Assembly (NCBI GenBank): GCA_903875605.1
Contig: CAIQWT010000050.1
Coordinates: 34,494-98,493 of the forward strand
Reading direction: 5' to 3'
From: an uncultured Geobacteraceae bacterium
GTDB taxonomy: Bacteria; Desulfobacterota; Desulfuromonadia; Geobacterales; Pseudopelobacteraceae
Length of the DNA: 64,000 nt
The notes under the pieces were generated by a model. That model made no database searches and was not told where the DNA came from. It saw only the letters and a list, made by a program, of their open reading frames with translations. Shown here piece after piece: positions 17,839-27,288 of this stretch. Each line of letters opens with the position of its first letter. Position 1 is the first letter of the stretch. Made by a program: the position numbers and the translations under genes.

Positions 17839-18822
17839 TTATTTTATATGTTGGTTATTAACAACATTAATCGGTGCTCCGGCAAGATATGCCGATACGT
17901 TGGCGAGAACGATCGCCATCAGGCGTTTCCGTGCAGCCAATGAAGCCCAGGCAATATGCGGCGTAAAGATGCAATTTGGTGCAGTCAGTAATGGATTGTC
18001 AGCCAGCATAGGTTCATGGGCGACAACGTCCAATCCGGCACCGGCAATCTGCCCTTCTCTAAGCGCCTCAGCCAGATCGCCCTCATTTACCAGTCCACCG
18101 CGGGCAAGGTTCAATAGAAAAGCACTCGATTTCATCAAGCCAAGCAAACCGGCATTAACAAAACCGTTATTATCCTGTGTCTGTGGACAATTGAGGCTGA
18201 CAACATCGGCCGAAGCAAACAGTTCTGCCAGAGGAACAAAACGTACCGGCACGCACCCGACAGAATGCGGAATACGTGGAGCGTAAGCAATAATCTTCAT
18301 TCCAAAGGCAGCCCCAACCTGCGCTACAGCCTGCCCGATGGTGCCGTAACCAACTATTCCAAGTGTCAATCCATCCAATTCAAGCAGTGGTGTTTTCCAG
18401 TATGCGTGATCAGGGCATTTGACCCATTCGCCGGCTTTCACAGATGCATCGTGCAAGCCGACGTGCATGGCAAGCTCTAATAGCAGGGCAAATGTTGTCT
18501 GGACAACAGATGCGGTTGAGTATGCAGGAACGTTTGATACCGGTATCCCGAGCCTTCCGGCGGCAGCTACATCAACATTATTATATCCTGTTGCCAGCAT
18601 GGAAATATATTTAAGATTTGGTAACGCTTCCAGTGCGGCTTCATCCAGCTTTACCTTGCTGAGAAGGATTATTTCAGCATCACGTGCCCGTTCCAGTTTT
18701 ACTGCCGGCGGTGTACGGTCGTAGATGGTACAGCTTCCCAAAGCTTCCAGTGAATACCATGGATTATCTCCGGGATTGATAGTAAAGCCGTCCAAAATCA
18801 CGATATTGTGTTTTCTAGTCAT
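17839..18822 (-). CDS. D-2-hydroxyacid dehydrogenase (glycerate dehydrogenase-like)
   Basis: NAD-binding motif GIVGYGTIGQAV and catalytic RG..V...L and H residues in the usual D-isomer-specific dehydrogenase context. I preferred the second ATG (MTRKHN) because the SD AGGA abuts the first ATG at 18831. Confidence 0.8.
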   Translation of the reverse strand: MTRKHNIVILDGFTINPGDNPWYSLEALGSCTIYDRTPPAVKLERARDAEIILLSKVKLDEAALEALPNLKYISMLATGYNNVDVAAAGRLGIPVSNVPAYSTASVVQTTFALLLELAMHVGLHDASVKAGEWVKCPDHAYWKTPLLELDGLTLGIVGYGTIGQAVAQVGAAFGMKIIAYAPRIPHSVGCVPVRFVPLAELFASADVVSLNCPQTQDNNGFVNAGLLGLMKSSAFLLNLARGGLVNEGDLAEALREGQIAGAGLDVVAHEPMLADNPLLTAPNCIFTPHIAWASLAARKRLMAIVLANVSAYLAGAPINVVNNQHIK

Positions 18823-18854
18823 TTTAAACATCCTTTTCGATGCAAAAAAGTTTA

Positions 18855-19019
18855 TTACACAGGCAAATCAGTATCATCCGCTTCAGTTTCTTCAGTACCT
18901 TCTTCCTGTTCCGTATCTTCAGAATTAGCCTCACCCTTACGGGCTTTTTTTTCGTCTTTCTTCTTTTGCCGCTCCAGTTCTTTCTTGCGCTTTTCAAATG
19001 AATAATTCGGTTTAGCCAT
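18855..19019 (-). CDS. Small (54 aa) highly charged protein, basic N-half and acidic C-half
   Basis: Below the ORF-track size cutoff. Hand translation: MAKPNYSFEKRKKELERQKKKDEKKARKGEANSEDTEQEEGTEETEADDTDLPV. SD AAGGAGA lies 7 nt upstream. Confidence 0.5.
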   Translation of the reverse strand: MAKPNYSFEKRKKELERQKKKDEKKARKGEANSEDTEQEEGTEETEADDTDLPV

Positions 19020-19084
19020 TTTCATTTCTCCTTAAATTTTCCAAAACTAAATTGGAGTAGCAGTTTTAAAATAAGATGTAACTT

Positions 19085-20713
19085 TTACTCCGCAGCGTGA
19101 TGACTCTTCGATAGGTAATAATCATAGGTTCCTTCATACACCCGCATCTCGCCATGATCAACCTCAAAAACGCGATCAACCAGTAATCGTAAGAAATGTC
19201 GATCGTGACTAACAAGAATAATAGTGCCGCCAAAGTTTTTCAAAGTTTCCAGTAGCATTTCGCGAGATCTTATATCGAGGTGATTTGTTGGTTCATCAAG
19301 AATCAGAAGATTTACCGGGCGGGCAAGAATAGTTGCAAGAACCACTCTGCTCTTCTCGCCTCCCGAAAGGTTTGCGATGCGCTTTTCCACGGTGTCGCCA
19401 GAAAAAAGGAAAGCTCCGAGCAAATTACGGATCATGCCGATTGTGGCAAGAGGCATAAAATCCTGCATAGTTTCAAAGATTGTCTTCCTTGGATCAAGTA
19501 ACTCCATTGCGTGCTGACTAAAGTAACCAATCTCAACGTTAGCGCCGATCGTCATACTGCCGGCAGTAGCGTTGGTTTGACTGGCCATGATTTTGAGAAA
19601 AGTAGACTTACCCGCGCCATTCACACCGACTACGGCGATTTTATTAAGGCGTTTAACCATACCGGATACGCCTTGAAAAACGGTTTTGTCCTGACCATCA
19701 GGCGTTGTCCACACTTTGCCTAGACTTTCAAAGGCTGCCACGTCATCACCGCTGCGAGGAGGATCGGCAAAACCGAAGCGAACTGTACGTTCTTCAGCCG
19801 GGATCTCTATTCGCTCAATTTTCTCCAGTTTTTTTACCCGTGATTGTACCTGGGCAGCATGGGAAGCACGTGCAGCAAAGCGGGCAATAAACTCTTCTTC
19901 CTTGGCAAGCATATCCTGCTGACGTTTGTGTGAGGCAATCAATTGTTCAAGGCGTATATCCCTCTCACGCTCGTAGAAATCATAATTACCGCCGTAGGTT
20001 GTTACTGTTGTATTGGCAACCTCAATAATCCTGGTAACGACACGGTTCATAAAGTCCCGGTCGTGGCTGGTCATAAGGAGAGCCCCTTTGAATTCAGAAG
20101 AAAGCCACTCTTCCAGCCAGATGATTGACTCAACATCCAGATGGTTGGTAGGCTCATCAAGCAACAACACGTCCGGTTTAAGAGTCAGGATACTGGCCAG
20201 GGCAATGCGCATCTTCCAGCCGCCGCTAAATGATTCTACCGGATGATTGTAGCGGTCTGGGCCGATCCCAAGGCCGGTGAGAACGGCTTGAGCACGCGAA
20301 TCAAGGTCGTATCCTTCCATGTGCTCAAACTCTTCAACGGCATTACCATAGCGCTCCAGAAGATTTGCCATTTCATCATCGGACTGCGGCTCGCACATTG
20401 CCGCCTCCATTTCCTTCATCTCCGTTGCCAGGCGCACTGTAGAACCACAAGTTGCCATAACCTCCTCAAGTGCTGAACGACCTGACATATCACCGATATC
20501 CTGTGAAAAATATCCCACAGTAGTTTTTTTAGGCAGGATTACCTCGCCGGAGTCCGGCTCCTCTTGTCCAGCTATGATTCTAAATACAGTTGTTTTGCCT
20601 GCTCCATTTGGACCAACCAATCCGGTATGAGTTCCCGGCAGGATCTGACAGGATGCATTTAAAAACAAAATCTGTGAGCCATGCTGTTTGGAAATATTTG
20701 ATAATTGAATCAT
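19085..20713 (-). CDS. ABC-F family ATPase (two ABC domains, no TM domain)
   Basis: Two Walker A motifs (GPNGAGKTT, GVNGAGKST), two signature motifs (FSGGWKMR, LSGGEKSR) and a charged interdomain linker. Confidence 0.9.
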   Translation of the reverse strand: MIQLSNISKQHGSQILFLNASCQILPGTHTGLVGPNGAGKTTVFRIIAGQEEPDSGEVILPKKTTVGYFSQDIGDMSGRSALEEVMATCGSTVRLATEMKEMEAAMCEPQSDDEMANLLERYGNAVEEFEHMEGYDLDSRAQAVLTGLGIGPDRYNHPVESFSGGWKMRIALASILTLKPDVLLLDEPTNHLDVESIIWLEEWLSSEFKGALLMTSHDRDFMNRVVTRIIEVANTTVTTYGGNYDFYERERDIRLEQLIASHKRQQDMLAKEEEFIARFAARASHAAQVQSRVKKLEKIERIEIPAEERTVRFGFADPPRSGDDVAAFESLGKVWTTPDGQDKTVFQGVSGMVKRLNKIAVVGVNGAGKSTFLKIMASQTNATAGSMTIGANVEIGYFSQHAMELLDPRKTIFETMQDFMPLATIGMIRNLLGAFLFSGDTVEKRIANLSGGEKSRVVLATILARPVNLLILDEPTNHLDIRSREMLLETLKNFGGTIILVSHDRHFLRLLVDRVFEVDHGEMRVYEGTYDYYLSKSHHAAE

Positions 20714-20771
20714 TTTGTAAAGCTCCCTGTATAACAGTGATTATAGTTTAATTAGATAGGAATGCATGATT

Positions 20772-21209
20772 TTACTCAAGTGGTACAAGCCATACATACG
20801 GCGTCATTCCGTAATTCCAGCCAAGACAGAGCCTTCTGTACCCAGAAAAAAGCAGTCCCTCCCCTCTACTGCAGAGAACTATCGGCGCCTTGAGTGAAAG
20901 GGAACCGGCATCTTGAAGAGCATCCTCCATTCGGGAATAGTTCTTCCGGTATCCACGTTTTGCACGTGCCACGTAATCCTGAAAATCGCTGTACAGGTGG
21001 TATGAAAGCGCGACTGGAATTTCACCGATTGACTCAGAACGTGGATATGACACCAGGGTGCCGCTACCGAAACGTGAGATTATCTTTTCCCAGGTTGCGC
21101 CGTGAGCACGATACCATTCCTGTTTGGTTGGATGATTGAAAAACTCCCAGCGTTCTTCTTCGATATCTGGCTGCAACCAGGTGATGCTGAGCGTTGAGGA
21201 AGTATTCAT
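20772..21209 (-). CDS. Hypothetical protein (145 aa)
   Basis: The start was moved to MNTSST at 21209 because a terminator hairpin (21229-21257) lies inside the longer track ORF. There is a weak ParB/Srx-like pattern (PIVLCSRGEGLLFSGYRRLCLG). Confidence 0.45.
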   Translation of the reverse strand: MNTSSTLSITWLQPDIEEERWEFFNHPTKQEWYRAHGATWEKIISRFGSGTLVSYPRSESIGEIPVALSYHLYSDFQDYVARAKRGYRKNYSRMEDALQDAGSLSLKAPIVLCSRGEGLLFSGYRRLCLGWNYGMTPYVWLVPLE

Positions 21210-21220
21210 GGCTGCTCCAC

Positions 21221-21257
21221 TGCATAAAAAACCACAGGGCGGGTAACCCTGTGGTTT
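21221..21257 (-). terminator. Rho-independent terminator after the substrate-binding protein gene
   Basis: Minus strand AAACCACAGGG-TTACCCG-CCCTGTGGTTT, followed by TTTAT. Confidence 0.75.
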
Positions 21258-21333
21258 ACGTACAAAGTTTATAACATTACTGCGGCCTGCCGGGCAACGA
21301 TTATCAGAGCAGTACCATGACTCTATAAAAAAA

Positions 21334-22653
21334 TCAGTGTGAGGCTCCGAATTCTTCAAGCTCCGGCTTCATATTCACCATTTCACGAATTTCGTTCCAT
21401 TCTTTAAAATCAACCGCTGCCTCATCGCCTTTCATATCAGCAATAATATCAAAATAGTCCATCTGATACTTGCTTTTCTTTACCTCAGTAGCAGGCTTAA
21501 CTTTAACGGCATAGACCGTCTGGATTGATTGATGGTCAAATTTACGCCAGTACTGCTCATCCTTCAATCCGGTGTACTTTCTCCCTTCAAGAGCTGTAAT
21601 CACAGCCTTGGTATTAAATGTCTTTGCCTTTTCTACAGCTGCTTTATATTCGTACATGATTACATATGCAGAGGCGCCGGAAGTCGTCGGATAGCGACTA
21701 TAACGTTCTTCGAACTTTTTTACAAATGCTATACCACGAGGATAGTTGAATTTGAACGGTACGCTCCACATCCAGGGAGTTGCCCCGATAATCCCCTCCA
21801 TCGCCTCCGGACCTGCTCCCTGTGCCATATCCTCATTCAATTGCGGGACAATTATCTGCATTCGGTTTTTTAGACCCATTTCATCAGCCTGTTTGACTGC
21901 AATTTCCATATCGCGCCCGAACAGTGACAATACAAGCACTTCAGCACCACTTGCTTTGGCTTCAAGAAGTGCTGACTTGAAATCTTTAGCACCCAGTTCA
22001 GTGAGAACTTCTGGATATTTTACTGTATCTTTGGTGTTGGTAAATGAACGCAAAACCGATTCAGTTGTCCAACCCCATGTATAATTGGCTGTAATATAAA
22101 AATATTTTTGTCCTTTAAAATGTTTATTTAGATACTCAGCCATCACTTTTCCGGCAAAATAGGCGTCAAAACATTCACGGAAAATATGGCGATGACCATA
22201 CTCACCAGTTGTCTCGGTTGAATAAGAGAGTGTCGCGAAGAACAATTTGTCTTTTTGCAAAGCAACCTCACCAGTTGCAATTGCAACGGCACTTGAGGAA
22301 CCTCCCAGAATCATCGGCACACCTTCACCATCGTAAAGTTCAGCTGCATTACCCTTCGCTATCTTGGCGTTTGACTTGGTATCGCGTGCAACTAACTGCA
22401 CTTTTTTCCCCATGATTCCGCCTGAAGCATTAATTTCTTCAATTGCAATTTCAGCCGCACGTTTCTGATCCAGTCCCTGTTTTGCATACGGGCCTGTTTC
22501 GGGATAATTGAGTCCTATCTTAACAATTCCGGAGTCAGTTGCATTTGCGTCAGTTATATAACCTAATATTATAAATGATAAATAGCATAAAATCATTATC
22601 CCGCTGAACAACTTTTTATTCACTGTTATGCCCCCTAGTGTAAGTTTTTTCAT
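21334..22653 (-). CDS. Periplasmic substrate-binding protein, type-1 PBP (Leu/Ile/Val-binding-like), with no adjacent permease
   Basis: Signal/anchor sequence, then VKIGLNYPETGPYAKQG....AAEIAIEEINASGGIMGKKVQLVARD, typical of the LivJ/K-family fold. Confidence 0.75.
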   Translation of the reverse strand: MKKLTLGGITVNKKLFSGIMILCYLSFIILGYITDANATDSGIVKIGLNYPETGPYAKQGLDQKRAAEIAIEEINASGGIMGKKVQLVARDTKSNAKIAKGNAAELYDGEGVPMILGGSSSAVAIATGEVALQKDKLFFATLSYSTETTGEYGHRHIFRECFDAYFAGKVMAEYLNKHFKGQKYFYITANYTWGWTTESVLRSFTNTKDTVKYPEVLTELGAKDFKSALLEAKASGAEVLVLSLFGRDMEIAVKQADEMGLKNRMQIIVPQLNEDMAQGAGPEAMEGIIGATPWMWSVPFKFNYPRGIAFVKKFEERYSRYPTTSGASAYVIMYEYKAAVEKAKTFNTKAVITALEGRKYTGLKDEQYWRKFDHQSIQTVYAVKVKPATEVKKSKYQMDYFDIIADMKGDEAAVDFKEWNEIREMVNMKPELEEFGASH

Positions 22654-22691
22654 TTATAATACATTATTTTAAATACAACATTATTTGAAAA

Positions 22692-22730
22692 TAAAACACA
22701 AAAAAATGGCGTACCTTACGGCACGCCATT
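22692..22730 (-). terminator. Rho-independent terminator after the ybiT-like gene
   Basis: Minus strand AATGGCGTGCC-GTAA-GGTACGCCATT, followed by TTTTTTGTGTTTTATTTT. Confidence 0.75.
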
Positions 22731-22759
22731 ATCCAATATCAAGAATGAATTAAAATCTA

Positions 22760-24397
22760 TTACAGGCTCAAATCCGCATGTCCATGATACAATTCGTCTC
22801 GCTCTCTTGATACATCTTCACTCTCCAGATATTCCTCAAAAACCATGGTACGGTCAATTACGCCACCAGGAGTAATTTCGATAATCCTGTTAGCAACGGT
22901 TGAGACAAATTCATGGTCATGTGAAGCGAACAGAACAACCTCACTAAAAGCAATCAGGCCGTCATTTAAAGCGGTGATAGATTCCAGATCAAGGTGATTA
23001 GTAGGTTCGTCAAGAATAATCACATTGGCGGCCGTCAGCATCATGCGTGATAACATGCAACGGACTTTTTCACCACCGGAAAGGACAGTAGTTTTTTTCA
23101 TCGCCTCTTCACCCGAAAAAAGCATCCTTCCAAGGAAGCCTCGTGCAAAAGTTTCACCTTCTGTAGGAGGTGAATACTGGCCCAGCCACTCAATTAGAGT
23201 CATTTCTCGTTCAAAATACTGGCTGTTCTCTTTCGGAAAATAGGCGCTGGTAATAGTAATACCCCAACGGAAACTGCCACTATCCGGTTCAAGTTCTCCG
23301 GCAAGAATCTGGAAAAGCGCCGTCCTGGCTAGGGTATTACCGCCTACAAAAGCGATTTTGTCCTCTTTACGCACGATCAAGTCAAAATTGTTCAGTACTT
23401 TAACGCCATCAATTTCCTTGGTCAGTCCCTGTATTTCCAGGATAATGTCGCCACATGCTCTCTCAGGCTTAAAAACCACATGCGGATATTTCCTGGATGA
23501 GGTAGGCATATCTTCAATAGTGAGTTTATCAAGCAACTTTCTGCGAGAAGTTGCCTGCTTTGCTTTCGAAGCATTAGAGCTGAAACGCTGAATAAAAGCC
23601 TTTAGTTCATCAGCTCTTTCGGATACTTTCCGGTTTTCGTTCTGCTTCTGCTTTAAGTTTAACTGACTGGCATGATACCAAAAATCATAGTTTCCGACAT
23701 AAATCTGAATCCGGCCAAAATCAATATCTGCGGTATGCGTGCAGACCTGATTAAGAAAGTGACGGTCATGTGACACGACAATAACTGTATTACTAAAACG
23801 AAACAAAAACTCTTCCAGCCAGTTTATGGATTTCAGGTCAAGATTGTTGGTCGGTTCGTCAAGAAGCAGTACATCCGGATTACCGAACAGAGCCTGGGCA
23901 AGCAGTACACGAACCTTGTCGCCAGCCTCAAGATCTTTCATCTGCTTAGTTCGCAGCTCTTCAGGAATTCCAAGTCCGTTTAGAAGTACTGCTGCTTCGG
24001 ATTCTGTTTCATAGCCATTCATTTCTGCAAACTCACCTTCAAGTTCAGCAGAACGGACTCCATCCTCTTCAGTAAATTCAGCCTTTGCATAAATAGCATC
24101 ACGTGCAGTCATAACATCGTACAACCGCTTATGTCCCATGATGACTGTATTAAAAACGGTTTCTTCGTCGAAAGCAAATTGATCCTGGCGAAGAACAGCA
24201 ATCCGTTCGCGTGGACCAACAACAACCTCACCCTTGTCGGCATCAAGTTCACCGGCAAGAATTTTAAGAAATGTTGATTTTCCGGCACCGTTTGCTCCGA
24301 TCAGACCGTAGCAGTTTCCTGGAGTGAATTTAATGTTTACGTCCTTGAATAGGACTCGTTTGCCGTAAGAAAGGGTGATATTAGATGCTGCAATCAT
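22760..24397 (-). CDS. ybiT: ABC-F family ATPase, YbiT-like
   Basis: From memory, it is collinear with E. coli YbiT. Shared stretches include YGLIGANGAGKSTF.KIL.G.L, LRQDQFAF.E, VIMGH, LLLDEPTNNLD and FSSNASKAKQATSR. Confidence 0.8.
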   Translation of the reverse strand: MIAASNITLSYGKRVLFKDVNIKFTPGNCYGLIGANGAGKSTFLKILAGELDADKGEVVVGPRERIAVLRQDQFAFDEETVFNTVIMGHKRLYDVMTARDAIYAKAEFTEEDGVRSAELEGEFAEMNGYETESEAAVLLNGLGIPEELRTKQMKDLEAGDKVRVLLAQALFGNPDVLLLDEPTNNLDLKSINWLEEFLFRFSNTVIVVSHDRHFLNQVCTHTADIDFGRIQIYVGNYDFWYHASQLNLKQKQNENRKVSERADELKAFIQRFSSNASKAKQATSRRKLLDKLTIEDMPTSSRKYPHVVFKPERACGDIILEIQGLTKEIDGVKVLNNFDLIVRKEDKIAFVGGNTLARTALFQILAGELEPDSGSFRWGITITSAYFPKENSQYFEREMTLIEWLGQYSPPTEGETFARGFLGRMLFSGEEAMKKTTVLSGGEKVRCMLSRMMLTAANVIILDEPTNHLDLESITALNDGLIAFSEVVLFASHDHEFVSTVANRIIEITPGGVIDRTMVFEEYLESEDVSRERDELYHGHADLSL

Positions 24398-24635
24398 GCT
24401 GGTATGGTGCTCCTTTTAGTTAAGTTATAAGTAGTTATGTTAGTAGGATGGAGGGAAATAAAAAACCACAGGGCATGGTGAGCTCTGCGGTTCACTAACT
24501 GTTGTTAAATACCATATTTTACTGATATAGAGCAATATATTTCGATTTTTAGACGTCTCTTCGTAAAGTCATCACATTGACTTTTTACTGTTTTAGATGC
24601 TATTCAGAGTCCTGTATTTCAGTTAAGGAGCCCTT

Positions 24636-27284
24636 GTGTCAAAAAAACAAAACAACCTGTTCCTGTTAATAGCTAAATATCCTCGAATGATTCTGTCTCT
24701 GGCGCTGATATTTGCTACCATTTCTGTTTTATACACGATCTATAACATGACATTCCTGACCGGTCGGGATGATTTGATGCCCCAAAATGCCCCTTTTCAG
24801 GTCGATTATCGTGCCTATCGAGCTGAATTTGGTGATCAAGAAGAAATAGTAGCAGTTATCGAATCTGATGATGCCGAAAAAACAACCAGGGCTGCTGATG
24901 CTCTCTACTCGCTATTGAACAAGGATAAATTACTTTTCCGGGACGTTTTTTACCCAGGCGGACTACCCTTCTTCCGTAAAAACGGCCTACTCTTTATGCC
25001 GCTTGAAGATATCAAGAATCTACGCAACACCTTAACTATGGCGGCGCCGGTGTTGAAAGATCTGGCAGCGGCTCCCTCTGTACAAACACTTTTCACCAGT
25101 TTAACCGGACAAATTGATACATATTTGGAATATGGTGACCCAGTAGCGCTGGCAAGCCTGACCTTTATGTTGACTACACTTGATAAAGGCTTCAAAGCGT
25201 TTGACGGTAAATCAAGCGGGCTTTCGATTGATTCTTTCCTTAAAGGTGGCGGTGACAAGCCTTCCATGCTCGATAGTGCCGGCAAACAACAGGTAATCAC
25301 CATGCTACCTGTTAAGGAGGAGGGAAGTTTTGTCAGCTCGGAAAAGTCAATCAAGGCCGCACGAGCTGCTCTTGATATAATTCTTAAAAAACCGGAATTT
25401 AAAGGAATATTTGGAGGATTGACCGGAGTACCGGTGCTGGAATATGAAGAGATGACAGCCAGTCAGAAAGATATCAGCATCGCCACGATATTATCCCTAA
25501 CGCTGACCGTTATCATGCTGTTGTTTGCCTTCCGTGGCCTTTTAAATGTAACTGCCGCTATGGTATCTCTGATTGTCGGGATATGTCTATCTTTCGGCTT
25601 TGCCACACTGGCCGTCGGGCACCTTAATATCCTTTCGATGGTTTTTGCCATAATGTTGATAGGGCTGGGAATAGAGTACGGTATTCAGGTAATACTGCGC
25701 TATCAGGAGGAGTTAAAGAGTGGTTACAGTGGTATGGAAGCCATAGAAATTGGTCTCACGGCAAACATACGCTCAATCATCATGGCTGCCGCTACTGTGG
25801 CGCTGGCGTTTGCAACCTTTGCCTTCACCGATTTCAAGGGGATAGCCGAACTGGGCATCATCGCTGCCGGTGGTGTGTTTATCTGTGTAATTGTCACCTT
25901 CACTGTTCTGCCAGCAATGCTGATACTACTGGAACGGTTCCGTAAACCTTTTACTTACTCTCCTCCTGCGATTGCTGAGAATGAATCTCGTTTCCAAAAA
26001 CTATTTGCCAGACCAAGGGCTGTTGTTGGCGCCACGCTGTTGTTGTGCTTGATCTGCCTCTACCCTGCCATGACCATGCGCTTTGATTATAATCTGATGA
26101 ATCTGCAGGCCAAGGGGCTTCAATCGGTTGAGTACGCATATAAACTGATGCGCAGCAAGGAAAACTCAGGATATTTTGCAGTGGTAACCGCCAGGGATGC
26201 TGCGGAAGCACGCACTCTAACCGAATTGCTTGAGAAACAGTTATCCGTTGACCATGTAGTCAGCACACTAAGCTTTGTGCCGGAACAACAGCGCGAAAAG
26301 CTGGCTGAACTTACTGCGCTCAGACAAATTATGAGCCCGGTTAAGCCGATTCCTTATGAAGAAAACCTGCAACTCATGGCTCTCCCAGCAGTATTTGAAA
26401 ATTTCCGTGAGCGGGTGGAAAAATTAAAAAGAACATTACAGGAGCGAAAAGCTCCTGAATCCGTTCCAGCAGCAGCCTTTCTGACTACCTTGGACAGTTT
26501 CTTCGCCTCGCTTGAAAAGGAAAAGGATAAGAACGCACTGGGGATGTTGCGGGAGTTTCAGGGGGGAATGTTTGCAGAGCTGCCCGCCAAACTGCAAATG
26601 ATGAAGGAGAGTCTAGAGGCGACACCGGTCACTGAAGCAGATGTTCCACCGCATCTATTACAGCGTTTCGTGGGCAAAAGCGGGAAACTACTGCTGCAGG
26701 TAGCGGCAAAAAAAGAGATATTTGAGAGAGAACCACTGGAAGAGTTCATAGGCCAGGTAAAGAGTGTTGTGCCAAGAGCCACCGGCGAGCCTGTTATGGT
26801 GTATGAATCACTTACAGTGCTGCGTGATGCCTATCTAAAGGCCTTTATCTATGCCTTTATCGGCATCGGCGCAATCCTGCTGATCAATTTTAAGAGCATC
26901 CGCTACGCCCTGCTCGGAACAGTTCCTCTTGTGGCTGGACTGCTGTTGATGGTCGGCGGCATGCACTTGATCGGAATCAGTTTCAATTCGGCTAATATTA
27001 TTGTGCTTCCTCTGATTCTTGGGGTAGGTATTGATTCAGCCATTTATATTCTAAATCGATATCGTCAAGGAAATGAATCTCCTGGGGAGGTGGCCACCAG
27101 TAGTACAGGTATCGGAGTGTTCCTGAACGCTCTAACTATACTGTTCAGTTTCGGCGCTCTAATGGTTGCACATCATCAAGGGGTCTTCAGTATCGGTGCC
27201 GTCATGTCACTTGGCATGATTGCAAGTGTAGCAGCGTTTTTAATATTTCTTCCGGCTCTTTTAACTCAGTGGGGGAAACGATGA
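24636..27284 (+). CDS. MMPL/RND-superfamily exporter (HpnN-like architecture)
   Basis: GTG start with SD AAGGAG. Two 6-TM bundles, each preceded by a large periplasmic loop; 882 aa. Confidence 0.7.
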   Translation: MSKKQNNLFLLIAKYPRMILSLALIFATISVLYTIYNMTFLTGRDDLMPQNAPFQVDYRAYRAEFGDQEEIVAVIESDDAEKTTRAADALYSLLNKDKLLFRDVFYPGGLPFFRKNGLLFMPLEDIKNLRNTLTMAAPVLKDLAAAPSVQTLFTSLTGQIDTYLEYGDPVALASLTFMLTTLDKGFKAFDGKSSGLSIDSFLKGGGDKPSMLDSAGKQQVITMLPVKEEGSFVSSEKSIKAARAALDIILKKPEFKGIFGGLTGVPVLEYEEMTASQKDISIATILSLTLTVIMLLFAFRGLLNVTAAMVSLIVGICLSFGFATLAVGHLNILSMVFAIMLIGLGIEYGIQVILRYQEELKSGYSGMEAIEIGLTANIRSIIMAAATVALAFATFAFTDFKGIAELGIIAAGGVFICVIVTFTVLPAMLILLERFRKPFTYSPPAIAENESRFQKLFARPRAVVGATLLLCLICLYPAMTMRFDYNLMNLQAKGLQSVEYAYKLMRSKENSGYFAVVTARDAAEARTLTELLEKQLSVDHVVSTLSFVPEQQREKLAELTALRQIMSPVKPIPYEENLQLMALPAVFENFRERVEKLKRTLQERKAPESVPAAAFLTTLDSFFASLEKEKDKNALGMLREFQGGMFAELPAKLQMMKESLEATPVTEADVPPHLLQRFVGKSGKLLLQVAAKKEIFEREPLEEFIGQVKSVVPRATGEPVMVYESLTVLRDAYLKAFIYAFIGIGAILLINFKSIRYALLGTVPLVAGLLLMVGGMHLIGISFNSANIIVLPLILGVGIDSAIYILNRYRQGNESPGEVATSSTGIGVFLNALTILFSFGALMVAHHQGVFSIGAVMSLGMIASVAAFLIFLPALLTQWGKR

Positions 27285-27288
27285 GTTA

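Noticed and set aside
20772-21359. The longer 195-aa version of the hypothetical ORF, which overlaps the substrate-binding protein gene.
   Set aside because: The extension contains the terminator hairpin 21229-21257 and overlaps the upstream gene by 26 nt. The shorter start at 21209 is more plausible.
21334-22653. A LivK-like substrate-binding protein without adjacent permease or ATPase genes, considered as part of a novel system with the flanking ABC-F ATPases.
   Set aside because: ABC-F proteins are soluble translation factors, not transporter components. Terminators separate all three genes, so the adjacency is most likely coincidental.
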